Below, one piece after another: positions 10,190 through 18,581 of a DNA stretch of 64,000 nt. Positions within the stretch are counted from its first letter, which is position 1. Each line of letters begins with the position of its first letter. Under the pieces are notes generated by a model. That model searched no databases, had not been told where the DNA came from, and saw only the letters and a program-made list of their open reading frames with translations. The stretch is from a virus, in the IMG/VR virus record IMGVR_UViG_3300031949_000004, positions 30,224 to 94,223 of that record, one strand, 5' to 3'. The position numbers and the translations under genes were made by a program.

Positions 10190-10824
10190 CTCGCGGGGGT
10201 GCCAGGATCTCCTCTGGCAAGGACTCGAAGCAGGACTATCGAACGCCGGCCGATTTCATGGAGGCCGTGATCGAGCGATTTGGTCCCATCACGCTCGATC
10301 TGGCTGCCACGGCCGAGAACAAGCAATTACCTAACTACATTGCCCCTTGTACCGGTCCCGAGGGGCCGCTGCCGTTCGACCGCGAAGCCTTCGCCGTCGA
10401 TTCGTTCGATCAGAACTGGGCGAACTTGTTGACGAATCGGTTTCGCCGGGAGGGTTTCGTGGGACTCGGCTGGTTGAATTGCGAGTTCAACGATACTGCG
10501 CACTGGTCAACCAAGTGTGGCGACGAAAGTCGTCGGGGTGCCAATGCCTTGTTGCTCACGCCCGCAGGAGTAGGTACGGTCTGGTTTTCCGAGCTGATTT
10601 TGCCATATGCCGATGTGTACCTTCTTCAACCCAGGCTCGCGTTCATTCCGGGGCAGACCTACAACAAGGACTGCATGCTGTCTCATTTTGTTTCTCCCGA
10701 AACGCGCTCGTCCGGCAAGTTCGCGGTCAAGGGACTACCGCCTGACGCAACCAACCAGCGTTTCATCGAGATCTGGAATTGGAAAAAGCGGAAGACATTG
10801 CAACGGTGGGCAAGGGAGACGTGA
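10186..10824 (+). CDS. phage N-6-adenine DNA methyltransferase (Dam-like)
   Basis: DYRTPADFMEAVIERFGPITLDLAATAENKQLPNY matches the phage Dam MTase family N-terminus (YxTP...LDxAA). SAM/NPPF-like region WFSEL. Confidence 0.65.
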   Translation: MTRGGARISSGKDSKQDYRTPADFMEAVIERFGPITLDLAATAENKQLPNYIAPCTGPEGPLPFDREAFAVDSFDQNWANLLTNRFRREGFVGLGWLNCEFNDTAHWSTKCGDESRRGANALLLTPAGVGTVWFSELILPYADVYLLQPRLAFIPGQTYNKDCMLSHFVSPETRSSGKFAVKGLPPDATNQRFIEIWNWKKRKTLQRWARET

Positions 10825-10828
10825 GAAC

Positions 10829-11236
10829 ATGACCCTGGAGCTGGTTGCCCCCGATGTCGTTCCTGACGAAGAAGAGCGCGACGTTCGTCTTGACGAACGT
10901 TTGGAGAAGGTATCGATACTTGTGGAATGTCTCAAGGAAGATCTGGTCGACACCAGCAAGACTCTGCAAGCTTTGCTCGACTATTTCCAGATCGATCGCA
11001 TGGAGCTGGAGTATTTTAAGACGACTGGCCGATTGAGGACGTATCCACCAAAGTCGTTCGAGGTATATCAGGAGGTTGTGAAGGCCGATCTGCTCAAGGT
11101 GGCTGAAGGTGCGGAGTTGCTGAGCGTGAGAGAGCATCTCGCGCGGCGGGATGATGATGTTAATGAAGCCGTCAAGAAGCTCGATGAAGTGATTGCGGGG
11201 ATCGTAGAACTCAACCCTGAGTATGACAACTGCTAG
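10829..11236 (+). CDS. hypothetical protein
   Basis: 135-aa acidic ORF. Confidence 0.35.
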   Translation: MTLELVAPDVVPDEEERDVRLDERLEKVSILVECLKEDLVDTSKTLQALLDYFQIDRMELEYFKTTGRLRTYPPKSFEVYQEVVKADLLKVAEGAELLSVREHLARRDDDVNEAVKKLDEVIAGIVELNPEYDNC

Positions 11237-11238
11237 AC

Positions 11239-11979
11239 ATGTATGAGAACATGAGCATTTCTTTGGCTACCGGATGCATGGATCGCATCGGGGGGTTGCG
11301 TTGGGCTTTGCCTTCGTGGCTGGCCTTGCCCGAACTCGACGAGATCGTGATCGTGGATTGGAGTTCCAGGCGGCCGGTTTACGAGGAGCTGCATGACCTG
11401 TGCGATCCACGGGTGAAATTCATTCGAGTCGAGGGGCAGGCGCATTGGTGCGCGGCGAAGTGTCATAACGTCGAGGTGTCGGCCGCTAAGGGTGATGCCT
11501 TGCTGCGAATCGATGCCGACATTCGCGTGAGGCAAGGGTTCTTTGGTCCCCACCATTCTCTTGCTCGTGATCACATCTTCTGGAACTTCTGGTGGCGGCT
11601 GGCGCGCGATAACGAGGAGCTTCATCTGGCCGGGACGATCTACACACAGCGCAAGAACTTCTTGCTGGTCGGCGGGTATAACGAGAGGCTCACGTCCTAC
11701 GGTTACGAGGACGACGATCTGTATCAACGGATGCTTGTCGCCCGGTGCAGGCGTGGCTTCCTTCGTCGGGAAGATCTGGAGCACCTACCCCATGCTGATC
11801 AAACCCGTATGGCGGCCATCGCTCCTGAGTTTTGTTCTGATGGGGAGCCACTTTCCGGGATAGCACTCAACCGACAAATCGCTCAAGCTCGTCCCTGGAG
11901 CACCGTCGAAGATCGAATGACTGCATGGACAGTGGTGCGAGCGCGTCCCAATCTTTGGATCTACATAGAGGAAGGTTGA
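11239..11979 (+). CDS. glycosyltransferase-like protein
   Basis: IVIVDWSS and RIDADI (DxD-like) motifs suggest a GT-A fold. Confidence 0.45.
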   Translation: MYENMSISLATGCMDRIGGLRWALPSWLALPELDEIVIVDWSSRRPVYEELHDLCDPRVKFIRVEGQAHWCAAKCHNVEVSAAKGDALLRIDADIRVRQGFFGPHHSLARDHIFWNFWWRLARDNEELHLAGTIYTQRKNFLLVGGYNERLTSYGYEDDDLYQRMLVARCRRGFLRREDLEHLPHADQTRMAAIAPEFCSDGEPLSGIALNRQIAQARPWSTVEDRMTAWTVVRARPNLWIYIEEG

Positions 11980-11994
11980 AAGGAAACATACGCC

Positions 11995-12216
11995 ATGGCG
12001 CAGATGTCGGGCAACGAACCTTTCGAGATTGAGAACGCCGAGGTGCTTCAGGATACCGATAACGCGTTGCTTTGTAGGATCGACGGTATCGGCGGTCCCG
12101 AGGTGTGGCTTCCGCGCAAGCTGTTCTTGAGCGGCACGACGATTGAGTTCAAGGGCGACTTCGGCAACGTAGTCATTCCCAGGTGGCTCGCCGAGGACCG
12201 CAATCTCTGGCGTTAG
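11995..12216 (+). CDS. hypothetical protein
   Basis: 73-aa ORF. Confidence 0.3.
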   Translation: MAQMSGNEPFEIENAEVLQDTDNALLCRIDGIGGPEVWLPRKLFLSGTTIEFKGDFGNVVIPRWLAEDRNLWR

Positions 12217-12244
12217 CTTTACAAGGGAAAGGAAACAGCAGATC

Positions 12245-12415
12245 ATGAGAAGCTCGGAGCTGAAAGCGAAAATCGACGCCATGGAGCCGGAAACCAGGGC
12301 CACGTTCTTGAGACAACTGGACGAGCTGTTCGTTGAGGTCGAAGATTTTGGCGATTTTGGTTTCTCAGGTTCCGAGCTGCTGGTCACCGGGGGTGAGGAG
12401 AAGTCGCTGTCATGA
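12245..12415 (+). CDS. hypothetical small acidic protein
   Basis: 56-aa ORF ending in TGA that overlaps the next ATG. Confidence 0.25.
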   Translation: MRSSELKAKIDAMEPETRATFLRQLDELFVEVEDFGDFGFSGSELLVTGGEEKSLS

Positions 12416-12975
12416 AGAAGCTTGAGCTGTACGTGTCGACCGATGTCGAGGTCAACGGACCGATCCCTGGCCGTAACTCCATGCTGAGCTTCGCGTCTGC
12501 CGTGTTCCGGCTGGGAGAGCCCGAGCCGCTTGCGACCTTCGCGCGCAACCTCAAGCTCCTGCGAGGCTCGGCGGCAGATCCAGATACCATGGCTTTCTGG
12601 GCGAAGAACCCCAAGGCGTTCGAGGCGAGCCGTGCAGATCTCCTCGATGCCAGCGATGCCATGCCGAAATACCGGGAATGGTTAGAGAAGTTGCCTGGCA
12701 AGCCGGTATTCGTCGGGTATCCAGCCAGCTATGACTTCATGTTTGTGTACTGGTACTTGATGAGGTTCGCAGGCAAGAGTCCGTTCTCGTTTGCTGTCCT
12801 GGACATCAAGAGCTACGCGATGGCTGTACTGGGGACAACGTTCAAGGATACGTCCAAGCGGAAGATGCCAAAGGAATGGTTCGTATCACTTCCAAATGAC
12901 GATGCTATCGAGCAGGGAAAGCTGTTTCTCAACATCGTCGCTCACGGAAACGCTCGAAGGGTGTTGCCTCCATGA
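12412..12975 (+). CDS. 3'-5' exonuclease (DEDD-like / Rv2179c-type exoribonuclease)
   Basis: N-terminal STDVEVNGP (D-x-E acidic motif) and internal YPASYDFMFVYWY resemble the DnaQ-like 3'-5' exoribonuclease family. Confidence 0.45.
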   Translation: MKKLELYVSTDVEVNGPIPGRNSMLSFASAVFRLGEPEPLATFARNLKLLRGSAADPDTMAFWAKNPKAFEASRADLLDASDAMPKYREWLEKLPGKPVFVGYPASYDFMFVYWYLMRFAGKSPFSFAVLDIKSYAMAVLGTTFKDTSKRKMPKEWFVSLPNDDAIEQGKLFLNIVAHGNARRVLPP

Positions 12976-13163
12976 GCACCGAAGTTGTTGATTCGTCGGT
13001 TGTGACGGCGGTCTTGATACGACCGCCGCGTTTCCAGGGGCAGTGTCATTCGGCTTCCGACGGTGAATGCTATTGGGAGGACTGCCCACAGTTGCGCGAT
13101 GGCGAGCCCGCGAAGACCGGGCGTAGCTGTCCGCTTTATCCGTGGCATCATCAGGAGGATTGA
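12972..13163 (+). CDS. hypothetical protein
   Basis: 63-aa ORF. Confidence 0.25.
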   Translation: MSTEVVDSSVVTAVLIRPPRFQGQCHSASDGECYWEDCPQLRDGEPAKTGRSCPLYPWHHQED

Positions 13164-13933
13164 TGAAATTCGGTGTCATCATACCGTCACGGTTGGCCCT
13201 GCGGCCGGCAGGGCGTGTTCTAGGCGAGCATGGCCCCGAGTTGTGGCTCGATGGTGCCGTGGCGAGTGTTCTTGGGCAAAAGGGTTTCAACCAGAACGAC
13301 TGGAAGATCTACGTGGGTGTGGATCCTTCGGTTGTGGTGCCGGCTCGCTTTTATGATCGCGTAACGGTGGTCCAGGCGGCCCGTGCCGGGCAATCCGCCG
13401 CTGTGAATGCGGCGGCCGAGCTGGCGGTCTTACATGCCGACGTGATCATGCTTCTCGAAGACGACGACCGGTGGCGTCCCGAGAAGACCGAGGTGCAGCT
13501 CGGGCATCTCGGCGATGCCGCGTTCGTGAGCTGCTCGCAGAGTCTCTTCGACGCGGCTGGTAATGCCCTGGGGAACGTTATCCACTATCCCACGCCCTCG
13601 GGCTGGCTCATGACGGCCGCGTTGTGGAGCAAGTTGCGGGGCTTGGATACGAGTTACAGATGGCTCGTCGACATGGAGTGGCTGGGTCGGTTGAACCAGT
13701 TGCGGCGACGACGTGTGCATGTTACGTCGAATTGCATTCAGGATGGGCACGGGTTGCTCGAAGTCGGGCATTACGCAACCGTGGCCACTTATGAGAGCCC
13801 CTTGTTTCTGGTCGAGCGCACTGTGAATCCCCATGGGGGAATGATGGCGATACAGCAGAATTCTGCCGTTGAACGTGAAGCGCGCGAAGAAGAACTCCGG
13901 ATCCGAAAGACGTTCGGATACTTGCCTTGGTAA
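13163..13933 (+). CDS. glycosyltransferase family 2
   Basis: MKFGVIIPSR start preceded by an AGGAGGA RBS. LLEDDD DxD-like motif. Confidence 0.55.
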   Translation: MKFGVIIPSRLALRPAGRVLGEHGPELWLDGAVASVLGQKGFNQNDWKIYVGVDPSVVVPARFYDRVTVVQAARAGQSAAVNAAAELAVLHADVIMLLEDDDRWRPEKTEVQLGHLGDAAFVSCSQSLFDAAGNALGNVIHYPTPSGWLMTAALWSKLRGLDTSYRWLVDMEWLGRLNQLRRRRVHVTSNCIQDGHGLLEVGHYATVATYESPLFLVERTVNPHGGMMAIQQNSAVEREAREEELRIRKTFGYLPW

Positions 13934-13948
13934 CCTAAGAGGTGTGAC

Positions 13949-14296
13949 GTGAAGCAGTTAACGGAAAAGGAATGGAACGAAACGAATCGTGCCGTGTGTT
14001 TGCGCTTGGAATACTGTCCTCCATATCGTCCTCCAATTGCTTCGCTGGCTTTATTCGTGTTCGGTGCTGTTGTGGAGGATGAAGCGACCGATCACGATTC
14101 TAACTTGGTGGACATGGGGTTTGATGTCGAGGGTGTGCCTTTGGGTTTTTCGGTCTGGGAAGGCACCTGGGCGGAGGAGAAAGATCATGAGGGTGGGGTT
14201 GTCGATACCCATGCGGAAGGGGTCTTTCGCCGTCTAACGACCGAAGAAATGCATGATCTGGAAAGAGGTTTGCCTCTCTGGGTGAAGGCAACCTGA
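13949..14296 (+). CDS. hypothetical protein
   Basis: 115-aa ORF. Confidence 0.3.
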   Translation: MKQLTEKEWNETNRAVCLRLEYCPPYRPPIASLALFVFGAVVEDEATDHDSNLVDMGFDVEGVPLGFSVWEGTWAEEKDHEGGVVDTHAEGVFRRLTTEEMHDLERGLPLWVKAT

Positions 14297-14316
14297 AACC
14301 GTAGAAAGGTGGCGAT

Positions 14317-14817
14317 ATGGGACTTTTTTGCACGAATTGTCGAAATAACGTCCCGGAAGGCTCGAACCAGTGCCGGGTCTGCAACAATGGATTCGTGCAT
14401 CAGCTCAAGTGTTCGACCTGTGGTGGGGTCGTCGAGCGCGGTATGGCGGTTTGCTTGAATTGCTCGGGTCGAGAGCAGGAGGGGTTGTCCTTGCTTGGCG
14501 AACAGAACCGTGATCGAAGTTTGTCGAGATTCTTGCCCCCGTCGCGGGGCGATGTGTCTCGGTTGCGTTTCTTGGAACGGGGGGAGCATTTTTCGGACGC
14601 GGGGATCTTCGGCGCACTCTCCGACGTGACGGTACCGGAGGACGTGTCGGGCATGTTGGGCGAAATCTCCGAAGCTATCCAGGTCGTGCTGCGGCTGTCA
14701 ACGCGCCTGGCGGCATCCACGCCGGCTGACCGTACACGGGGAACCATTCGCGCGTGCCGGGAGCTGGCTTTGATACTGCAAGAGGAGCTTGAATGCCGGC
14801 GAGGATCGCGTCCTTGA
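14317..14817 (+). CDS. double zinc-ribbon protein
   Basis: CTNCRNNVPEGSNQCRVCNNG and CSTCGGVVERGMAVCLNCSG give two CxxC pairs. Confidence 0.4.
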   Translation: MGLFCTNCRNNVPEGSNQCRVCNNGFVHQLKCSTCGGVVERGMAVCLNCSGREQEGLSLLGEQNRDRSLSRFLPPSRGDVSRLRFLERGEHFSDAGIFGALSDVTVPEDVSGMLGEISEAIQVVLRLSTRLAASTPADRTRGTIRACRELALILQEELECRRGSRP

Positions 14818-15316
14818 AGCGGAAACCACGATGCTGAGCTTGAGAATGGTGGTGACCGATGAAGAATGTCGTGTCCAGGAGTTCGTGGGTGTTCGAAAAC
14901 CCGAGCTTGCTTTGCACGAGGGTGGCAAGGGACGCCGCACATGCGAAAAGCTGGCTAAAGGTGCTGCTTCCCTGACGATGCCTGCACATCGTCACGGCGA
15001 CCTGGTGGTCTTATCCGAGCTTGTCGGGACCGAATTTGACATTCCACCGAAGCGGTTTTTTGGCGATCACCGCCATCATCAAGTCATGAAAGCCAAGCGG
15101 TTTTTCTGTCTCTTCGCTCATGAAGCGTGTGGTGTGCCGTATCCGAGACTCAGCCAGTTCTTGCGGTTGTCGACGGACGGAGCCCGCAAGCTGGCGCTCG
15201 GGATTTGGGTCAGTATGGATGAGAGTAGTATTGTTGATGTGTGGCCGCGTTTGGTGGCAGCGTACAGGTCACGTCAGGGTCATCTCGCCATCGTGCAAGG
15301 AGAAACGAAAGAATGA
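14789..15316 (+). CDS. hypothetical protein
   Basis: 175-aa ORF. Confidence 0.3.
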   Translation: MNAGEDRVLEAETTMLSLRMVVTDEECRVQEFVGVRKPELALHEGGKGRRTCEKLAKGAASLTMPAHRHGDLVVLSELVGTEFDIPPKRFFGDHRHHQVMKAKRFFCLFAHEACGVPYPRLSQFLRLSTDGARKLALGIWVSMDESSIVDVWPRLVAAYRSRQGHLAIVQGETKE

Positions 15317-15507
15317 ACGGAAAGCACCGTGCAAGCTGGTTGTCGGAGATCATCTCGGAGATACAGAGGTACGCCAAACAGGCCAACAAGCGTGCGTGTC
15401 CGGAGGCACCACACGTCCAGCAAGCGTTGACCAAGCTGTTCGAGGCGCGGGATATTGCTCGGGGATGCGACGAGGCCGAGCCTGGCGATGAAACCTCGGC
15501 CGGCTAA
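15313..15507 (+). CDS. hypothetical protein
   Basis: 64-aa ORF with an ATGA overlap. Confidence 0.25.
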   Translation: MNGKHRASWLSEIISEIQRYAKQANKRACPEAPHVQQALTKLFEARDIARGCDEAEPGDETSAG

Positions 15508-15784
15508 GGTTGTAGGTGATAGGCCGCTGCGACGGTCGCACGGAAGGCATCTTGGGCGTTGTCGCCAAGGCGGCGGGTCACCACGCCCTTTTCCTTGATG
15601 GTACAGACGTTCTTCTTGTCAGCCTTCGAGAACGTCACTTCGGCCTGGCCACGTTCGGGGCCGGTGAGCCCTTCGAGTAGGAGCCAGATTCGATAGGCAT
15701 CTACGGCCTCGGGTATGAGATAGGGCCGGCGATCTGACGAGCCTGTGTCCGCGATTTCGGGTGTGGGATGGTCGCTCACCGCGT

Positions 15785-16630
15785 TCACTCCATGGTTTCG
15801 GATAGACCAACGAAATCGAGGGTGCGCACGGCGATCGTTCCGCAGGGTTTCGGGCGACCATAATCAGCGCCGCCCGTGTAGACGACGAGGTTGGGTGCGA
15901 TCTGAACGCGGCCCGCGCTGTGGGTGTGTCCGCAGAGCACCACGATTTGTTTTTCCGGATGGTCATTCGCGGCGGCGAGTAGCACCTTGCCCGTGGCTGC
16001 GCACGCGAAATGTGGCAGGAAAGCGTCGTCGCTGACCTTGCCCTTGTGCCAGCAGGCTGCGGCGAACGGCGGCACGTGTGTGGCCACCAAGACCCTTCGG
16101 GCTTTCGACAGGGCGGATTCAAGCTTTGGTTTCAGGCAAGCGGCAGCCTCATCGCCGAGTTCGTGGAGCTTGGCCAGGCGGACGGTGCGATGTTCGAGCC
16201 AGGACAGTTCGGCGATTTTGAGGTAGTCGTTGAGCATGACGTTGGAATGGACGTAGTCGCCCAGACGACCGTCGGCCCAGCCTTCGTGACCCACGAGCAG
16301 CGTATCGTTGCCGAGATCTACGGGCGAGCAGCTTGGTAGGTAGTGAAGCCAGCGACTTCTCCGGCATTGCTCGGCTGCCATCTGCCGTACATGCCTGATG
16401 CTGCCGTGATAGAAGTCGTGGTTGCCGAGTACGATGAAGGTCGGCAACCACAGACCGTCGTCGAGTTGGTCGAGATGTTCGTGCAGGGAAGTGGCCTCCG
16501 AGATGTCACCCGTGATCACGAGCCCGTCAGGTTTAGTAGCGCGAACCTGGTCGAAGAATTCTGGAAATGAATCGACGAAGTTGAGGTGTAGATCGGTTGC
16601 CCAGCAAAGTCGTTCGATGGCCTGTCGCAC
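15785..16630 (-). CDS. calcineurin-like metallophosphoesterase
   Basis: Motifs DLHLN, ITGDISE, LGNHDFY, ATHVPP and VLCGHTHS appear in order. Confidence 0.7.
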   Translation of the reverse strand: MRQAIERLCWATDLHLNFVDSFPEFFDQVRATKPDGLVITGDISEATSLHEHLDQLDDGLWLPTFIVLGNHDFYHGSIRHVRQMAAEQCRRSRWLHYLPSCSPVDLGNDTLLVGHEGWADGRLGDYVHSNVMLNDYLKIAELSWLEHRTVRLAKLHELGDEAAACLKPKLESALSKARRVLVATHVPPFAAACWHKGKVSDDAFLPHFACAATGKVLLAAANDHPEKQIVVLCGHTHSAGRVQIAPNLVVYTGGADYGRPKPCGTIAVRTLDFVGLSETME

Positions 16631-16646
16631 GTTTTCGAGGATAACG

Positions 16647-16700
16647 CGTTATGCTTGAGCGCGCAAGAAAATGCTTGCGGCGACAAGCATATGGTGTAGC
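16647..16700. promoter_or_regulatory. tandem inverted-repeat operator-like element in a divergent intergenic region
   Basis: ATGCTTGAGCGCGCAAG followed by the perfect palindrome ATGCTTG-CGGCGA-CAAGCAT. It lies between the minus-strand phosphoesterase gene and the plus-strand gene at 16740. Confidence 0.35.
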
Positions 16701-16739
16701 ATGGTTGGCCATGGTTTTCGCCAACGAACGAGGTAATCC

Positions 16740-16946
16740 GTGAGCACCAAGAACGAGCATGCGGTCGCGCTCGGGCGGCTCGGCGGCCGCAAGGGTGGAC
16801 TTGCGCGCAAGCGCGCCTTGACCAGCAAGCGCCGCAAGGAGATTGCTCGTTGGGCTGCACGAGTGCGCTGGGACAGGCGATCTAAGATGTCGAATATCGT
16901 CAAGGTGGTAGTCCGTGTCGATGGATCAGGCGACAAGAGCCGTTAA
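16740..16946 (+). CDS. small basic KGG-like protein
   Basis: GGRKGGLARKRALTSKRRKEIARWAARVRW basic repeat. Confidence 0.3.
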   Translation: MSTKNEHAVALGRLGGRKGGLARKRALTSKRRKEIARWAARVRWDRRSKMSNIVKVVVRVDGSGDKSR

Positions 16947-17398
16947 TGGTGAGACCTGCACCCGGCAGATCTCTGGACGAACTGGTGAAGGCTTCACCGA
17001 GATGTCTGTAACCCTGTTTTGTCCCGAGTGCTCTCGCATGCTTTTCACCAGGGGGTTCGAGCTTGATGGACATGGTTACATCTTCCTTCTTTGCTCGAAC
17101 CCCGTGTGCTGTTTCTGGCGGCCGTACTAAAGATCGTGATGCCCGACTATTTCGACATTCATTCCATTCGTGTTGCTTCGATCTTTCATGATCTGGGCGT
17201 GCAGCAGTGGCGTTTGGAGCAACGTATGTTGGGCATCGAGGTCAAGGTGCCGAAATCCGAATCGCAGGAGCCGGAGAATCAAGTCCCCGAAGTCGCGGAG
17301 GAAGGATGATGCATGTCTGTTACCACACCTGGTTACACATTCACTAAAACCATGCTTATCCGGTTGACAACCCCAAGTGATTCGAGAGGAGAACAACG

Positions 17399-17608
17399 AT
17401 GAGAACGCACGGACCTATCATTCGCAAGCTCGGGCATTTTTGGGCAAATGGCGCCTCGACAAAGGACGCTGCCGAGGAAACAGGCGTAACTATTGCGATT
17501 GCCCGCAAGTTCTTCAGGGCTTTCGGCGCCCACGACAAAGGTTGCCCATCGTCAACCGTCGAGGAAGTTATCCGACTGCATCTGAATAGGCATTACCGGC
17601 TCAGATAG
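17399..17608 (+). CDS. small helix-turn-helix protein
   Basis: ASTKDAAEETGVTIAIARKFF is HTH-like. TTGACA about 30 nt upstream and GAGGAG RBS. Confidence 0.35.
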   Translation: MRTHGPIIRKLGHFWANGASTKDAAEETGVTIAIARKFFRAFGAHDKGCPSSTVEEVIRLHLNRHYRLR

Positions 17609-17653
17609 GCTGAATGGTCGTCAACCGGATAGGCATGACTAAAACGATAGAGA

Positions 17654-18133
17654 ATGACAATGGTTGATATTTCTCCTGATATGGTTATCTTGATTCGCGC
17701 AGCTCAAGCGGGCGGGGCAACAAGATCTGGGAACGTCATTGTTCCTCCAGATCTACAAGACTGGGCTCGCGAAGTGTACCAGGTCTTCCTCGACAAGATC
17801 ATCGAAACTGGCATGGAGGCTGCGCGTGTCGACTACTGCAAGCCCAAAGCCGCGAACAAGCTTCGTGGCTCCCTGGCAGGTTTCGAGGCTTGCCGGGGCA
17901 AGTCGCTTCAGGAGATCGGCGCTCTGCTTGCCGAAGCTCGGGCGCAGGAGATCGCCGCCCGTGGTGGCGACAACGAACGCTACTGGGAGCTGGTCTGCCG
18001 GTCGCGGGAGATCGAATGGACGGCGAACGTGCTCAGCGCCATCTTGATGTCGTCGGGACAACCCACGATCGTTCCGCCCACCTGCCGGGGCGTGCTGCAC
18101 GCGCACCGGTTGCTCGGTGGGGTTTCGCCATGA
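17654..18133 (+). CDS. hypothetical protein
   Basis: 159-aa ORF. Confidence 0.35.
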   Translation: MTMVDISPDMVILIRAAQAGGATRSGNVIVPPDLQDWAREVYQVFLDKIIETGMEAARVDYCKPKAANKLRGSLAGFEACRGKSLQEIGALLAEARAQEIAARGGDNERYWELVCRSREIEWTANVLSAILMSSGQPTIVPPTCRGVLHAHRLLGGVSP

Positions 18134-18504
18134 CGCTTTCGGAGCTGCATCCCATCTGGCGGGAAGTCATGGCGTGCTTCGAGGCGCTTCGTCGTCTGGG
18201 CTTTTCCGCCGACGATCTCTTCATGTCGCGCAGTCCGGACGGTCGGATGGGCATGTATTTGCGGAGCGAGAACTACCTGCTCGTGGCGAATCTTCCGGGG
18301 GTGAACGCGTTCGCGTTCAAGGGGCGTCCCAATGCCGAGCTGGAGGTCGAGTGGCGCGAGGCTGCCTCGGCCTGGAACGCTGCGGCCGACAAGCCGGAGT
18401 CCGTGTTGCTATGGGAGGGTTCGTCGATCTACCAGCATGGGCCTGAGCTGCTTATGGATTTGCTGAGTCATGGGATTATGGTTCCCGCTGCGGCCGACGC
18501 GTGA
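18130..18504 (+). CDS. hypothetical protein
   Basis: 124-aa ORF with an ATGA overlap. The alternative frame call 17890..18504 was rejected. Confidence 0.35.
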   Translation: MTLSELHPIWREVMACFEALRRLGFSADDLFMSRSPDGRMGMYLRSENYLLVANLPGVNAFAFKGRPNAELEVEWREAASAWNAAADKPESVLLWEGSSIYQHGPELLMDLLSHGIMVPAAADA

Positions 18505-18581
18505 AAGGACTTGACAGCGAACGCGAAACTACGTCAGATCGTTAGCTAACTTGTCAGCGGTGCTGGAGAACTGGAGAACGG

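Noticed and set aside
17356-17400. TTGACA at about 17363 as a -35 element of a promoter for the HTH gene
   Set aside because: No acceptable -10 hexamer at the right spacing. The downstream purine-rich stretch is the RBS (GAGGAG), so there is not enough evidence to call a promoter.
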